Positions 27,463 through 40,346 of a stretch of DNA of 64,000 nt are shown here, piece by piece. Under the pieces are notes generated by a model. The model saw only the letters and a list, made by a program, of their open reading frames with translations. It did not search any database and was not told the DNA's origin. The DNA is from Antedon mediterranea. Its lineage: Eukaryota; Animalia; Echinodermata. Where the stretch lies: the NCBI RefSeq assembly GCF_964355755.1, contig NC_092670.1, positions 37,250,388 to 37,314,387 on the forward strand. The letters are read 5' to 3'. How positions within the stretch are numbered: position 1 is the first letter of the stretch; each line of letters begins with the position of its first letter. A program made the translations under genes and the position numbers.

Positions 27463-29024
27463 TAGCTTTGATTTTACCACTGTGAAATTTCTAAGCAAAT
27501 ACATATATATATATATATATATACAGTATATTAACACTACAGCCAACCCCTATTCAGGTAACGCCACTTTTAAGATACCCTTTGTTGGGTCCTGAAGCGT
27601 TCCCCTTAAAAGGTGTGATATGTGAAACTTTTTACTTTAAAGATAATTTGATAAATCAAAATATATTATATACTTAATATAAACTCACCGCCAGTAAGTC
27701 AATAATTCTTTTGATAATTAATGTACAGGAGAAGTACAGTAGCAATTACTTAAAATGCATACATTTTAATAGTGAAAGAGGTTTACACATTTTTATAAAT
27801 GGCCACACAACTGGATGCTTATCTCAAAATACTGCTGCAAGATATTATACAGGCAGAAATAGCCACCAGCGATTATGTTAAATGTGTGTGAAAATGGAGT
27901 CTATTATCAGTTTACTTTTGAGTTTGAAAATGTGGTTAATATTTCAAGTAGTAGAAGAAAGACAAACATTACATAATTAAATGATAGAAATAAAGTGTCT
28001 TGATTTCATAGCTACTTGGAGTATCAATTATAGTTTTTACACAATCATAAAAAAAAAAACAATTTTATAATTTAATTAATACAGAATAATGTTTCTAGGG
28101 TGTAACAAAATTTTTTTTAAATTAATATAAATGTGTGATTTACTCTTACCAAACACTGGTATTTTTATTTTCTAGGAATTTAATCGTTTTAAACTAAATT
28201 TTAAAAAGCTAATGTTTCATTATGGGAAAGCTTTCTGTTTAAAAAAAATGTAGAAGTGTACAGAGCTTTGTTAATTAAGCCTATTGGTTTGGTTCGTCAA
28301 AATGTTATTGGTTGAGGCTGAAACGAGAGAATTTGCAATACTAGAATTAGTATTCATATTGAATAATCCAATCAGATTGTAAAAATGGAGGATTCATTTA
28401 AATATACAGGGTGTCAAAGGTCGAGGCTTTTGATTCAGTGTAGCCTTTGTTTTGGTGTGGAATGTGCCAATTTTGAAGATGAATTTTAAATGTTTGTTTA
28501 TTCAAATCTGACTAGCGTAGGACCCTTCTGTATATTTTGTATCTAAAGATTGTTTTTATATAGAATCGATAAAACAATAGGAAAATTGAATTTAATTATG
28601 AATTAATTAGGTGATAAAAATCCCAGCAAACTGTTGACCAATGTTTGGAGTACCATGTCGGTAGTCTTCCTACGTAATGTGTTGTTGTAAAGAAAACAAA
28701 AACATAAAAAAATGCTTGCTATATTATTTACATGTGCGTCATGGTAATTAAAAGTATTATTTTATTATTATTTGACCTTTGACCTCTAATGGTTGGGTTG
28801 GAAGTGTGATGGGATATTATATATAGTAGTCAATATTGTGTATAACTTTATTGTTTTTGCCTATCATCTTCTGTATTATTATCGAATAACTAAAGTTATT
28901 GTTAATAAAATTGAATTGTCAATGTACACGATTGTTTGTTTTTATTGTCGGTTGGGCTGTAAAAAGGTTTTAGTGTAATGGCGAAAATTGATATAACAGT
29001 ACTGTATTACATTTGTGTGTTTTG

Positions 29025-29160
29025 TGTTGGACGTTGGATTACTGATTGTGGTTCGAATCCAACTCTCGCCGCCGCATTGCTTGTATCCTTAGGCAAGACA
29101 CTTTACTTACATTTGCCTCTCTCCACCCAGGTGTATAAATGGGAACCCGGTTAGATCAAG
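29025..29160 (+). mobile_element. Fragment of a second tRNA-derived SINE (CORE/Meta-like body)
   Basis: B box GGTTCGAATCC followed by CCTTAGGCAAGACACTT..CCTCTCTCCACCCAGGTGTATAAATGGG. Confidence 0.65.
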
Positions 29161-29706
29161 ACACAACTTTGCGCTGATTACTAGCTGCACTATTATGTAT
29201 GATCCAAAAAATGACAAGTAATAATGTGCAAGAGAATGAATTAATACTATTTTGGTAAATAGTGAAGAATGCTGTTTACAATTTGCTTTTTAAAGCAATT
29301 TGCAAACATACAAATATCAGTTTAATAATCGTCGATCTACATCGCAAGTAGAAGTGAATTTGTTATTTACAGGTGCACCCTCATCCAGACCTAGAATGAC
29401 ATTATAAAAAACAAATTTAAAAAATTAAATAAAAAAAATGTATACACAGTTTTTATTACATTTTGAACGATCGGTTTTTATTTACGTTTGAAGTACAGTG
29501 CTTAAATATACACTAGATACAGAGTGACTATGACACGCAAATTACAATTACAATTACGAAGACCTGTTTCTATATTATGTCTTTACAGTGTAGTACAGTA
29601 GTTTGGTATTCTATTAATAAATCAATTCTTCATATGCAGATTCAGGTATGTATATTTACACAAAAATTGTTGAATTATTTTACCTAACTATAGCAAGGGT
29701 GGTGAG

Positions 29707-29918
29707 GTGGTTTCCCGAATAAATGTAAAATTAAAAACGGTACTGGGTATGACCAACTAGCGATATTGTCACCAACTAGCCGTCCATTCATAGAAGTATG
29801 ATTCATTCTTTAGTTGCTATACACATTTAGGCTGCAACATGGATGGCTAGTTGGTGACAATAACGCTAGTTGGTCATACCCAGTACCGTTTTGATTTTAC
29901 GATCTTTCGGGAAACCAC
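29707..29918. mobile_element. ~210-bp near-perfect palindromic element
   Basis: GTGGTTTCCCGA..AACGGTACTGGGTATGACCAACTAGCG mirrored by CGCTAGTTGGTCATACCCAGTACCGTT..TCGGGAAACCAC. Confidence 0.85.
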
Positions 29919-30077
29919 AAATTATTATACCTAACTATAGCAACAAAATACACTAAATATATTTTTAGAAATTCCTTATCACTTGTTGTTCTTTTAATGC
30001 ACAATAGTAATGTTCATATTTACAATGTTTCTTTACAATATTTGTTTTGTATTAAATATAAATTGAATCGTTTGAAA

Positions 30078-33000
30078 TCAGTCGCAGGTTATAAACTTCA
30101 TGAATTCAGCATGATCAATCAATCCATCTTTGTTGATATCCAGTTCGGAAACAAGCTGGAAAAAAATGGTTAAAAATTGTTAAAATCGGATTTATTTACT
30201 TAAAAAGCTAAATGAATACAGTATGAAAAACTAATGTTGCAGATATTTTGGTAATAATTAGTATTATTTATTAGTAATAATAAAATGTCTCCTGCCAACT
30301 TGCAGGGGTCATATTCATTTACCGTTAAATGTGGTATTCATTTAGATAAGTCTTTACTTAGCCTAAAGGCCAATTTACACAGACGAGCGGTAACAGTAAC
30401 CTGAAAACCGCATAGCTTGTCCCATGTAGAATCTGTATCTATCCTCAGCGGAAATCACTCGTCCACTCCACGTTTTGTGTAAATAACATAGATTTTATAT
30501 TTTTATTACTGTTACCACTCATCTGTGTATATTCAAATTGTTTCTAAAATTAGTATAAACTTACAGCATTCATAAGGTCATCGTCAATTGGTAGATTTTG
30601 TCGATGGCATATCCTCTTGACCTCGTTGATGTCAATCTTGCCAGACCGATCTCTGTCGTACTGCAGGAACGCATGCGTCAACGAGTTGAAGTTTGTATAA
30701 TTGTGTTTCTTTAGCTGTGATTTAACTTCTCCTAACAAATATGCCACATCACCAGGACTATAGAGAAACAACAATATAACATAATTTAATATAATATACA
30801 AATATTGCCTGCGTAGACAAATATGAATACCTTTACCTTTATCAGTGCAATTTAATATAATATACTTTTTTAGTAGACAGTATATGGACGAGTTATATAC
30901 TGTATTTATGTCTTGATATTGAATAAGTAAAGTGAATCTTCTCACCTTCTTTTAACTTTCATAGGGGCAGCCTTCATTGACTTTGGTGCTTGCTTATTGT
31001 CACGTTTCGTAGCAAGGGAATGAATAGTTTTTTGAACACCCGGAAAGTCCTCCTGGTGCGATTCTAAATACGAACGTACGTAATCGTCGGCATCCGTAAT
31101 GATGAACCTATGGTTAAAGACCTGAACGGTTGCTCCGATATACAGATCTTGAGGTTCGTAAAATTCTGGTCTGTCTGGCTGAGAACCTGGTTTAGTTACT
31201 CGCGTTCTTTCAAGGAATTTGCCGCTTATGATGCCGGAGTTGCGAACTGGAGGTTCAAAGATGGTCATCATGTCATCGGCTAGACGGTAGCTGATTATGA
31301 AGCGCCGTCCTTTGTCTTCTGGTTTGACGGAATCCTGTAAATAAAAAACAAATAGATTTCATTAAATAAGTCAATGAGAGATCTCAGTGGTACAAGTTCA
31401 CTACAGTTAACTGTAGCTTTTCAAACCTATTAGTGCGCATTACCAAATTCTATCACCGCAAACTTATCTATAATAAACATGTTAACCAAATTCATTTTTG
31501 CGAATTTCCTAATAATGTGTTTTCTTTTGGATACATTAGATGTAAAAGATGGTACTGACAATAAAAACAACTCACCATTACAGCTTCAAACCTAAGCACT
31601 TTGTGGTCGTTTTCCAGCATCTTGATGAAATCCTTTTTCGGAGGTTGAGGTACCAGTGACAGACATGACCGCAAGGAATCCTCCAAAGATCCAAAGCCAT
31701 TGTAAGGTGGTAAGTCCTACAATAAAATATGAGTTAACATTTTTACCTCTCCGGGCTACAGTTCTCAAAAATATTTTTATACAGAGTATTATTATTTTAG
31801 GACATCACCTCATAATAAATGTTTTATTATGGTGAATGAATAAACTTTTAATTTTGTTTTTTTTTATAATAACTTTTCAGATTATTAATATCAGTTTTTT
31901 TCAATTTCTGGGTACTCACCAGATATGGTAACATCATCAGCTTTAACTACCTATCGTATGTTTTTTAAGTTACTGTCAATTTAAATTTATAAAAAAATAT
32001 TATTTACCATCTGCGGTACATCACGAGCACGCCCTTTGACCTCGACTGGTGTGAAATCCCTGACACCATACTTCTTGAACAAGTAGTCTTTAGTGAACTC
32101 ATCACAGTCATAGATGAGGAAGGGACGGTTGAATACGTAGATAGTTTGGCCGATTTTAAAGTCACTCGGTTTGTACCATTCTTTGATTTCATGCTCTGAG
32201 AATTCCATGACAACAGATGGAAAAGATGCTGGAGAGAAATGACAGATCTATATGATAATCATGTAAAAATAATTTTTTATGGTAGAAATAGTATAATTAG
32301 ATTTAGGAACAGTCTTTAAAGCTTCAGAAAGGGTGTATCTACCTTCAATATTGTCTCTATCCTTTGGCAACTTTTGTCTGGAGAGTAAGACAGGAAATGG
32401 ATCACGACCATCGTTAGGTTCATGGACCTCGCGTACCTCTACTGTGTCATCAACTAAGTAATAATGAATGATGTTTGGTCGCATTTCACCAAACATACTC
32501 CCTCTGTCGTCCCAAACACAGTAGAAACGTAATACCTTTAATGACAACAATGGAAAAAATTGTGATTATAACCAGGAAAATGACAGCAGTAATAATTTGA
32601 TTCTTCTAAACACGATTCTTTCGCACTACTTTGTTAATTTTTGGCTTTGTTTGTTACATACCTTCCTGTCAAGTTCAATAAACTGTCGAAGTTTGTCAAA
32701 GTTTGAAGGTGTTTTGAATGTTCTGAGGGCAGCAGACTCTTTTCTTGATTCATTGTAGGGATCACTTGGCACAGGAGTAGGAGGGTTTAACTCAATACCT
32801 TCGCTTGCCATAAATTCCTGTAAGAAAATGTATTTTATAATGACTACCTTCTGAATTTCTTTTGAAAATTAGCATAGAAAAGATCAGACATGGCACTTCT
32901 ATTCTTATGTCCATACTTTTGTATTATGGCTTAATATAGCTTACAGCTCTGTCTACACTATCAAACTAGTTGTAAAAAAAAAGTATGATGTACCCAAATA

Positions 33001-34435
33001 TGGTAGTGATATGACATCATCACATTTTTTGTCACATAAAGTTTGATAGTGGAACCTTATATCCCAGCGTGGGTTTATACATAATTCCTCGTGGGCTTAC
33101 TCTAGGGTAGGTTTAACATACCGAGGTCCATTTGTCACAATTGGTGATATGAAAAGCTTTTCCATAGAAGTTCACATTCATGTCTATGTTAAGGTCCTTC
33201 CAGTGCCAAAAATCTCCTTGATCGTTCTTTGGTAAACGCATACGCTTGATAAGTTTTCCCTGTGGCATCCCGCTGTTCTCAACGTGAGGCTCGATCACGG
33301 AAATACTGTCATCCTCTAAATAGTAAAAGATACAAACTGGTCGCACACGGTAATACTCGTTAGGAGACTCGTGAACTGTTTGGCGAAAAAAGGCATCAAA
33401 TTTCAAGACCTGTGAGAAAATTTAACAAATCAACAATAAATTGTCATGCATGAATGGATTTGAACTATTTTGAATTTTTAACTAAGTTAAGAATATTGTT
33501 TAATAATAAATATGGCTTTAATATTTCTATACACACTTAACATTTAAGGACAACTTTGCCAAGAACCATATGATTTCAGAACAATTACGACATCGCTGCT
33601 AGCGCTCAGCACTCGGCTGGTGTCATAAATTACTGTGATGTCTCAAGTGTGCTTACCAAATCTATCACATGAGATATATCACTGTTTCAATGTTTGTTAC
33701 ATACATAAGATAAGGTTTTCCAGTCTAATATTTTGTTTGTAAAGACTTGTCTCATGTCTGTCAAATGTTTTTTTTTTTCTAGTGAGGCGCTTACTTCGAA
33801 CAATTCAAAATTTACCTTTTTGTCAAATGCAACATGAGCAGGGACAAAGTCTTCTGGTGGTGGTTGTTTGGCTTGTCCGTACGTTAACGTTGGTCTCTTG
33901 TTGTTTAGTTCATCTAATTCTGCAAGACTGAGTTGGTTCACCTCAAGTGGTTCACCTCCAATACCAACCTGTGGTCTGGCTGGTACAGCATACCCATTCT
34001 TGTATCCTAAACTTTGTGAAAGGTGATATTTTCTTTTCTAAAAGAAAAAAAAATGTCATTTATTTAAAATAAAGTTACTGTATTATTCAGTTTATTATAT
34101 TATAAATGTATTGATTGTTCAATGTTAAATGTTACGGTCTTTAATTTTATAATCTTATTATGCAGTAACCAAGCCATCCTACGTCCTTTACCTAGCCTAG
34201 GCCTACTAGCCTAGACCAATCTTTGCCTAGAGGCCTATATAGCCTATATATAGCCAGGCCCTCCTTCTTAGTTGTCCTTTTATGTGCTCTCTACCAGAAG
34301 AAGACACACGTACAGACAGGGAGAGAAAATAAAATCTGCGGTTAGAGGCTAGCTAGAATAGGCAAACAAACATCTAAAATTGGTACTTACTGTTGGGTCA
34401 TTAAAAGTGTTTCCAGGAAGAAATGGCAGCGCCAT
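30078..34435 (-). CDS. EFHC1: EF-hand domain-containing protein 1 (Rib72/myoclonin-1; DM10 domains plus EF hands), ~641 aa
   Basis: 10 exons: 34435-34391, 34037-33816, 33409-33122, 32817-32662, 32535-32343, 32228-32008, 31716-31576, 31334-30946, 30757-30565, 30155-30078, all GT-AG and in phase. Motifs [55 protein letters not shown]; EF hands DRDRSGKID and DINKDGLID. Confidence 0.96.
32945..33051. mobile_element. AGCTCTGTCTACAC MITE copy (right end truncated) in an EFHC1 intron
   Basis: Left TIR intact. Confidence 0.8.
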
Positions 34436-34554
34436 TTTATTATTATTTATATTGCCTAATAGTAATATTTAAGAAGAATATGAAGACGACTTGATCAACA
34501 CTCTTCTACTATATGTACGTGTACGGCCTCAAAATAAACACAACATTGATTATT

Positions 34555-34568
34555 GTTACCAAGGAGAC
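34555..34568. promoter_or_regulatory. RFX X-box upstream of the ciliary gene EFHC1
   Basis: GTTACCAAGGAGAC fits the X-box imperfect palindrome (GTTRCC-N2-GGNRAC), ~120 bp upstream of the ATG. Confidence 0.65.
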
Positions 34569-34602
34569 CACGCAAAGCAATAATTTGTTGACAAAATAGT
34601 TT

Positions 34603-34626
34603 AGCGCCCTCTATAGATGGCGGCAG
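34603..34626. promoter_or_regulatory. Overlapping back-to-back CTCF-like motifs
   Basis: AGCGCCCTCTATAGATGGCGGCAG contains TAGAGGGCGC on minus and TAGATGGCGG on plus. Confidence 0.4.
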
Positions 34627-34950
34627 ACAGATATTCTTTGGGTGCTTCATATACTGTTTATTTCAGATTTTCACAATATCTTGTATTCAAATCAAAACCT
34701 CTCTACATTTATTCGTAAAATACTTCACGAATACAAAGCAATATGTACATTTATTTAGTGTTTACAGCAATTAATCTCACCCATACTACAGCCTATATAC
34801 CTATTATGTATTCATTCATCTTTTATTTCAGGAAAAAAAAATGTTTCTCCATATACATGGTTTTACAACAATAGCTTCATCCATTTACCATGTAGATTGG
34901 ATGAAGGAAGAGTTAATTCATGAATACATTTTGTGACAATATTGTCTGAC

Positions 34951-34973
34951 CATGGAGTAAAGAATTCTACATG
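34951..34973. mobile_element. 23-bp CATGGAG hairpin with 7-bp TSD GTCTGAC
   Basis: GTCTGAC-CATGGAGTAAAGAATTCTACATG-GTCTGAC. Confidence 0.6.
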
Positions 34974-35502
34974 GTCTGACCTCCCCAACCTGCACAACAT
35001 GCCATATACCACCTTATTTAATCATTTATAAAGAACCATCATTCCATAAAGAAATTACTGTAGTATTAATTAATACAGCTGAGGTGGTTCAATCAAAGTA
35101 ATTACTCTATCTTGATCTTTAACTCACAACAAAATCAAACACGTCACAACAAACTCACAGTTTATTATCTGTACTGTATTCCATATTTATTTCTTTTTAC
35201 AAATTACATTTATAAATGCATGTTTAATATTTGACTTCAGTTGATATGATAAATTTTTTCTATTTCAATCAATTTCTCTATCACGATGATCTTTTTTGAC
35301 TTTTTTTAATCTTTTCAGGAAATTACACCACCAGGTTTTTATCATTCTCTTCTCATTCACTGGTCATTTAAAGTGACTTTAAAGTGAAGCTGTTGTGTCT
35401 ATAAACACTTCATTTTGCTTGTATTTTAGTGTAAAACAGTGTCCCTGAGTAACTCTTTATCCGAAAGAATACTGATCTCTATATCTATAGAAATAACTGG
35501 TA

Positions 35503-36168
35503 TCAGGAGGCCTCTTCGGTGCTTTTCGTTCTTTTATCTGTCCAGGAAACAAACTTCTGTAACATCTCATGTAAAGTTAAATTGGAACTTTTGAACAATA
35601 ATTGCTTGCCATCCTCTGCAAATATATATTAAAAAAATTAATAATTGAGAAATTATAGCAATGTATACTACATTTCAATGAGTTATTCACTTTTTACCTA
35701 CCAAATCCAATATGTACAATCGGTGCGGATGTGTTGTGCTTAACAACCCCACTAACTAAGCAATTTGGATTTGACTCGGCCATCGACTTGGAAGATACGT
35801 ACATCAAAAATAACCTGTAAAAAAGAAAAGAAGTGTATTATTTTGTTAGCTTCACCTATATGCATGCTCAACGTTTATTAGATTAATATCTAGGACATTC
35901 GGAGTTTGTTTATGCTCATCCCCTGTACATTGTAGCTGTCGGGGCGAAACGACTAATTCATCAGCCAGTATAGTCTCAGACAATGGCTGATAGGCACTCT
36001 AGCAATGCCTAGGCCTAGGCCTAGTTTGTGCTGAGGTAATGAAAAAAGATAGACAGCATGTTTCACCTACCTAGCTGAATGCACATTATTCTGCCATGGA
36101 GAAAAATGTACACGGATTGATTTTACATACTTAAGAGTGGCCCCTTTTACTATTATAGAACGCACCAT
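35503..36168 (-). CDS. MRPL53: Mitochondrial large ribosomal subunit protein mL53, 107 aa
   Basis: Exons 36168-36071, 35814-35702 and 35615-35503 (GT-AG, in phase) give MVRSIIVKGATLKYVKSIRVHFSPWQNNVHSARLFLMYVSSKSMAESNPNCLVSGVVKHNTSAPIVHIGFEDGKQLLFKSSNLTLHEMLQKF..., matching the mL53 pattern. Absent from the ORF track. Confidence 0.88.
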
Positions 36169-37079
36169 TATCAAAATATAATATTTTAATTTATTTTAAT
36201 TGTATTTAAATTGCACTCATTTCTATTTCTAAAAAAGTCGATCGTCGCGTCGATCATCTCGTCATTATCGCGATCGGTCTTGTGTTATGGTACGGAAAAT
36301 GAGCATAAAATGAATATACTTAATAAAAATACAATCTTAACAAGAAATATTTCTTACAGAAAACGCCACTCGCTTGTTGACGTATCAGACGTAACAGTTT
36401 TAAAGATATATTGTCCCCCTGAAAAATATTTTTTATTTCAAACTTGTTTTTGAATAACTCTATGCATGGTGACACATCTCTCACTCAGCAACGATGCATA
36501 TAATTCAATTAAGAGGAGAAAATGCTCTACAGTAAAAGACATTTAATAGTTTAACAATTACTTTCAAATAATTATACAAAAAAGGTAATTAATGGTAATA
36601 TTATTAATTGATATTTTTAATGGTATACTTAAACTGAGACAAACGATTTTATGTATTGTGGTCTCAGACTAAAATTAGTTTACATAATACTGTACATCAA
36701 TTTTGCGCCCTATGCCTTCCATATTAGAATTGCATTCCATTGATTGCTATTCCATTTAGTTAACTAACTCCCTTTATATTGAGAAATTTTTTGTTTCTTA
36801 AGTCAGAATATAAAAGCCTGTTCTTCTATATTTTATCATATACTATTAATAATTGTAATATTAAATTTGAATAGTGCACTTCATGATTATAGCATTATTT
36901 ACTAAAAAAGAAATAATGAAAACATTAATTGATTTACTGGGGAAGATGACCACTTATGTTGAAATAAACGACCATTTCTATTTGTTCTTAATCAAGTGAC
37001 TGCCTCAAAATTTCATTTTTGTCCAATCAAATACTCGCTATGCAAAACTACTTGGGCTGATGAAAATATCACGCTTTTG

Positions 37080-37196
37080 TCGTTTGAGCAGCGTTGATTT
37101 TACGGTGGCGGTGTTTTTACTGAAGAACAACTCCTAACAAGATTTAATAAAACAAATTTGTTGCTGTCCATTATTTGTAATACAATTGATAGAACG
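37080..37196 (+). other. Probable non-coding first exon of the CLK gene (start approximate), head-to-head with MRPL53
   Basis: Strong donor ACG|GTGAGT at 37196/37197; CCAAT near 37023; the next exon starts ttacag|ATG at 40347, so an upstream UTR exon is expected. Confidence 0.5.
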
Positions 37197-37876
37197 GTGA
37201 GTTTAGGTATTATATGTAGTATCGAGCTAGTTTCTGACAGAGCAAGTGGGTTTTAGAAGACGTAAAATTGTGATTTGCTAAGGTACATCATTTAGCGGAT
37301 TGTGGTATTTCGATACCATATCGGGCTTAGCCATCGACCAACTACTACTACCTACAGTTAAAAAAGGGTGCGCCATCATGCATTGTGTCGGGCTCATCGG
37401 AACAGTGGATCTAGCCTACAATAAAACATATAGGCCTAGTACTATCTATAGATTGCAATGGGACTAGGCTCTAGGCCTTGCTAGGCTATTTTATATAAAT
37501 TTAGTCACTGTTATTCTATGATTAGAGTAGCCTTTATGGATATCCGCCTTTATTGTTTATTATTTTATATATAGCCTAACTAGCCTAGGGCTAGGCCTAG
37601 TAGGCTAGGCTAGGCCTACCAACTGAATTGTGTTAAGTTACTGTTATGTTATGTTTTTTAGGATAATTTATTGAGAGGGCTTTTAGTACTCCCTGCTTGA
37701 TTTATTTAATCATTAAGCGGAGTATGGTCGAAGCGGCCGCCAGTTTAATATCGTCATTTGTATGGAACGCCATGTGCGCTTTAATATTTTATTGTCGTTG
37801 TCAACGCCATGGCCTATGGCGAGTTGAGTTACAGCTGTATGTATGATCAAACCAATAAATATAAGCCAAATCATGA

Positions 37877-38198
37877 TTGATTGATTGAAATATATATATT
37901 TATACTGGGTAACCTCTTCAGTCAAAGACTGGTCTCCCAGAGGGCCCAGTTGGTGATCAGTGGCTATGATGTACTAATACACCGGGGTAACCCCCTACTC
38001 GTCTCGAAAGATGTACTAGGTTCTTTAAAGTGCACACGAGCTAGATGTGTACACTGGACCTACGGTTTATAGTCCTTATCCGAGAAGACTCGTTCTACCA
38101 CCAGAATCATGGAGTGAGTGAGCCTCGAACCCCTGCCGATGTTATGGCTACGTAATTACGGTTCCACTGTCTTAACCGCTCGGCCACTCACTCACTCA
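37877..38198 (-). mobile_element. Full-length tRNA-derived Deu/Nin-like SINE
   Basis: Minus strand: A box TGGCCGAGCGG, B-box-like GGTTCGAGGC, GTGAGTGAG/CTCACTCAC closing stem; same body as 18640-18940; short (TCAA)n tail. Confidence 0.82.
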
Positions 38199-38479
38199 TG
38201 TACTATCGAATCTTTATATTTCTATAATAATTAATTTTGCCTGCCGATAAATCAATGTATATTTTATTTGTATTTTAATATTAACTAACTAAATATATTT
38301 ACATATACTATCGAATCATTAATAATTTACGTTTGCATCATAATCTACATACTATTGAACCTTTATGTCTCATTTATGTACTATTTATTTGTTTATTTAT
38401 ATCTTCTTTTTTTTTAAATACATTGGCAGTGAAGGGAAAAAATAACGTTGAACTGACCCGACGTTTCTTGAGCACTCTC

Positions 38480-39450
38480 CTATCGAACCTTTATACAGTA
38501 TTATTGCATTAATAATTTACGTACGGTATTGCCGAATATTTATATCTCATTTACATACTATCGAATATTCATACAGTATTGCATTAATTTAATTTACGTA
38601 CGGTATTGTCGAATTTTTATATCTCATTTTTTTTTTTATTTATTCTGGTTTATTAAAAACTAAGACATGGCAGTACAAAACTGAATTGCGTCCAGTAACA
38701 TAAACATAAAAAATATATCAAAAACGAGCAAGATTTACACAAACATCCAATATAAAAATATATAAATTATAATTTATATACAAAATGCTTTAAAAAAAAA
38801 ATAAAGAATATACAATTACAAATTTACAAAGATATATATCAAAAACGAGCAAAATTACACAACCATCTAATATAAAAATATATATAAATATATTCATTTA
38901 CATACTATCGAATTTTCATACAGTATTGCATCAAAAAATGTACGTACGGTATTGCCGAATCTTTATATCTCATTTACATACAGTTACTATCGAATCTTCA
39001 TACAGTATTGCATTAATAATTTACGTACTGTATTGCCGAATCTTTATCTCTCGTTTACATACTATCGAATCTTCATACAGTATTGCATTAATAATTTACG
39101 TACGGTATTGTCAAATTTTTATATCTCATTTACATACTATCGAATCTTCATACAGTATTGCATTAATAATTTACGTATGGTATTGCCGAATGTTTATATC
39201 CCATTTACATACTATCGAATCTTTTTACAGTATTGCATTAATAATTTACGTACGGTATTGCCGAATATTTATATCTCATTTACATACTATCGAATCTTTA
39301 TACAGTATTGCATTAATAATTTACAGTACGTACGGTATTGCCGAATCTTTATATCTCATTTACATTGAATCTTTATACAGTATTGCAATAATAATTTACG
39401 TACGGTATTGCTGAATTTTTATATCTCGTTTACACTGTAATATCGAATCT
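38480..39450. repeat. 75-bp tandem repeat (TACATACTATCGAATCTTCATACAGTATTGCATTAATAATTTACGTACGGTATTGCCGAAT...), about 9 copies, interrupted by an A-rich insert at ~38627-38895
   Basis: ACTATCGAAT at 39061, 39136, 39211 and 39286; explains ORFs 38926-39414. Confidence 0.92.
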
Positions 39451-40346
39451 TGTTTTTATTGATTAGTAATAGGGTGTGTTAACTGTTATATATTTAACTG
39501 TTATCCCATTGTAATACATTGTTTGTGTTTTCAATAAAGCAACGTAAAGACGAAAACGCGACCTTCTACAGCACTATTCCTGGCCGGCCGCCAGTCGAGT
39601 TATTAGCAGAAATTTGTGTAATTAATTACCGTACCGTACAGACACTTGCAATATACAGTACAATAACAAATATATATATTTTGATATACTTTATTGAAAA
39701 AATATATTCTTAATAATTGGCTTATTATATATTATACAATACAAACACCACAATGTATTTTATTGACTTTATTATTTAACAGTTAAAGTAAGTAATCATC
39801 GATTCGCCATTTCGTTTAAAAGAACGTATGACATTCAATCTGTAAAAAAAGAGAATAAATTACATAATATATTAATAATGTAGGTTGTTATTTACGTCCG
39901 AGGAAAAGAAAACCTGTCGATCGAAACAATGACAATCAAAAATTACAAAACAACGACAATCAAAGCGCACACGGCTTTCCATACAAATTACCGTTATTGA
40001 ACTAGCGGCCGCTTTGGTTGGCGGCCGCTTCGACCGTAATCCATTCATAATAGAGGTAGGAAATCGGAAATATTACTAGTACGTGTAGGCCTACAGTACC
40101 TCCACTTCCATCATCAGAAATATTACTAGTTAGTGTGTAGGCCTGCCCCTCCACTTCCATTATTATGATTGAATCTAATACTAATAGTAGTGTACTGTCT
40201 TCATTATATTATTAATTACTTGATTTAATGATTGATTTATTTATCTATTTTCAATGCTGACATTTTAAAGGCAAGTGGCAAATGGTGATATTTCATTACA
40301 GCAGTAACCACCACAATTTTGTAATATATTTTTATATTGTTTACAG

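Noticed and set aside
38110-38198. tRNA-like sequence with A and B boxes
   Set aside because: Head of a SINE present twice in the window, not a canonical cloverleaf; the GGTTCGAATCC motifs at ~29050 and ~53922 likewise look like SINE remnants
38926-39414. 162-aa and 138-aa repeat ORFs
   Set aside because: Produced by the 75-bp tandem repeat; no splice or homology support
39895-39940. Hammerhead-like CCGAGGA...CGAAAC (also GAAACGTCGG on minus at ~38457-38473)
   Set aside because: Catalytic core and stems incomplete; at most decayed Penelope-type remnants
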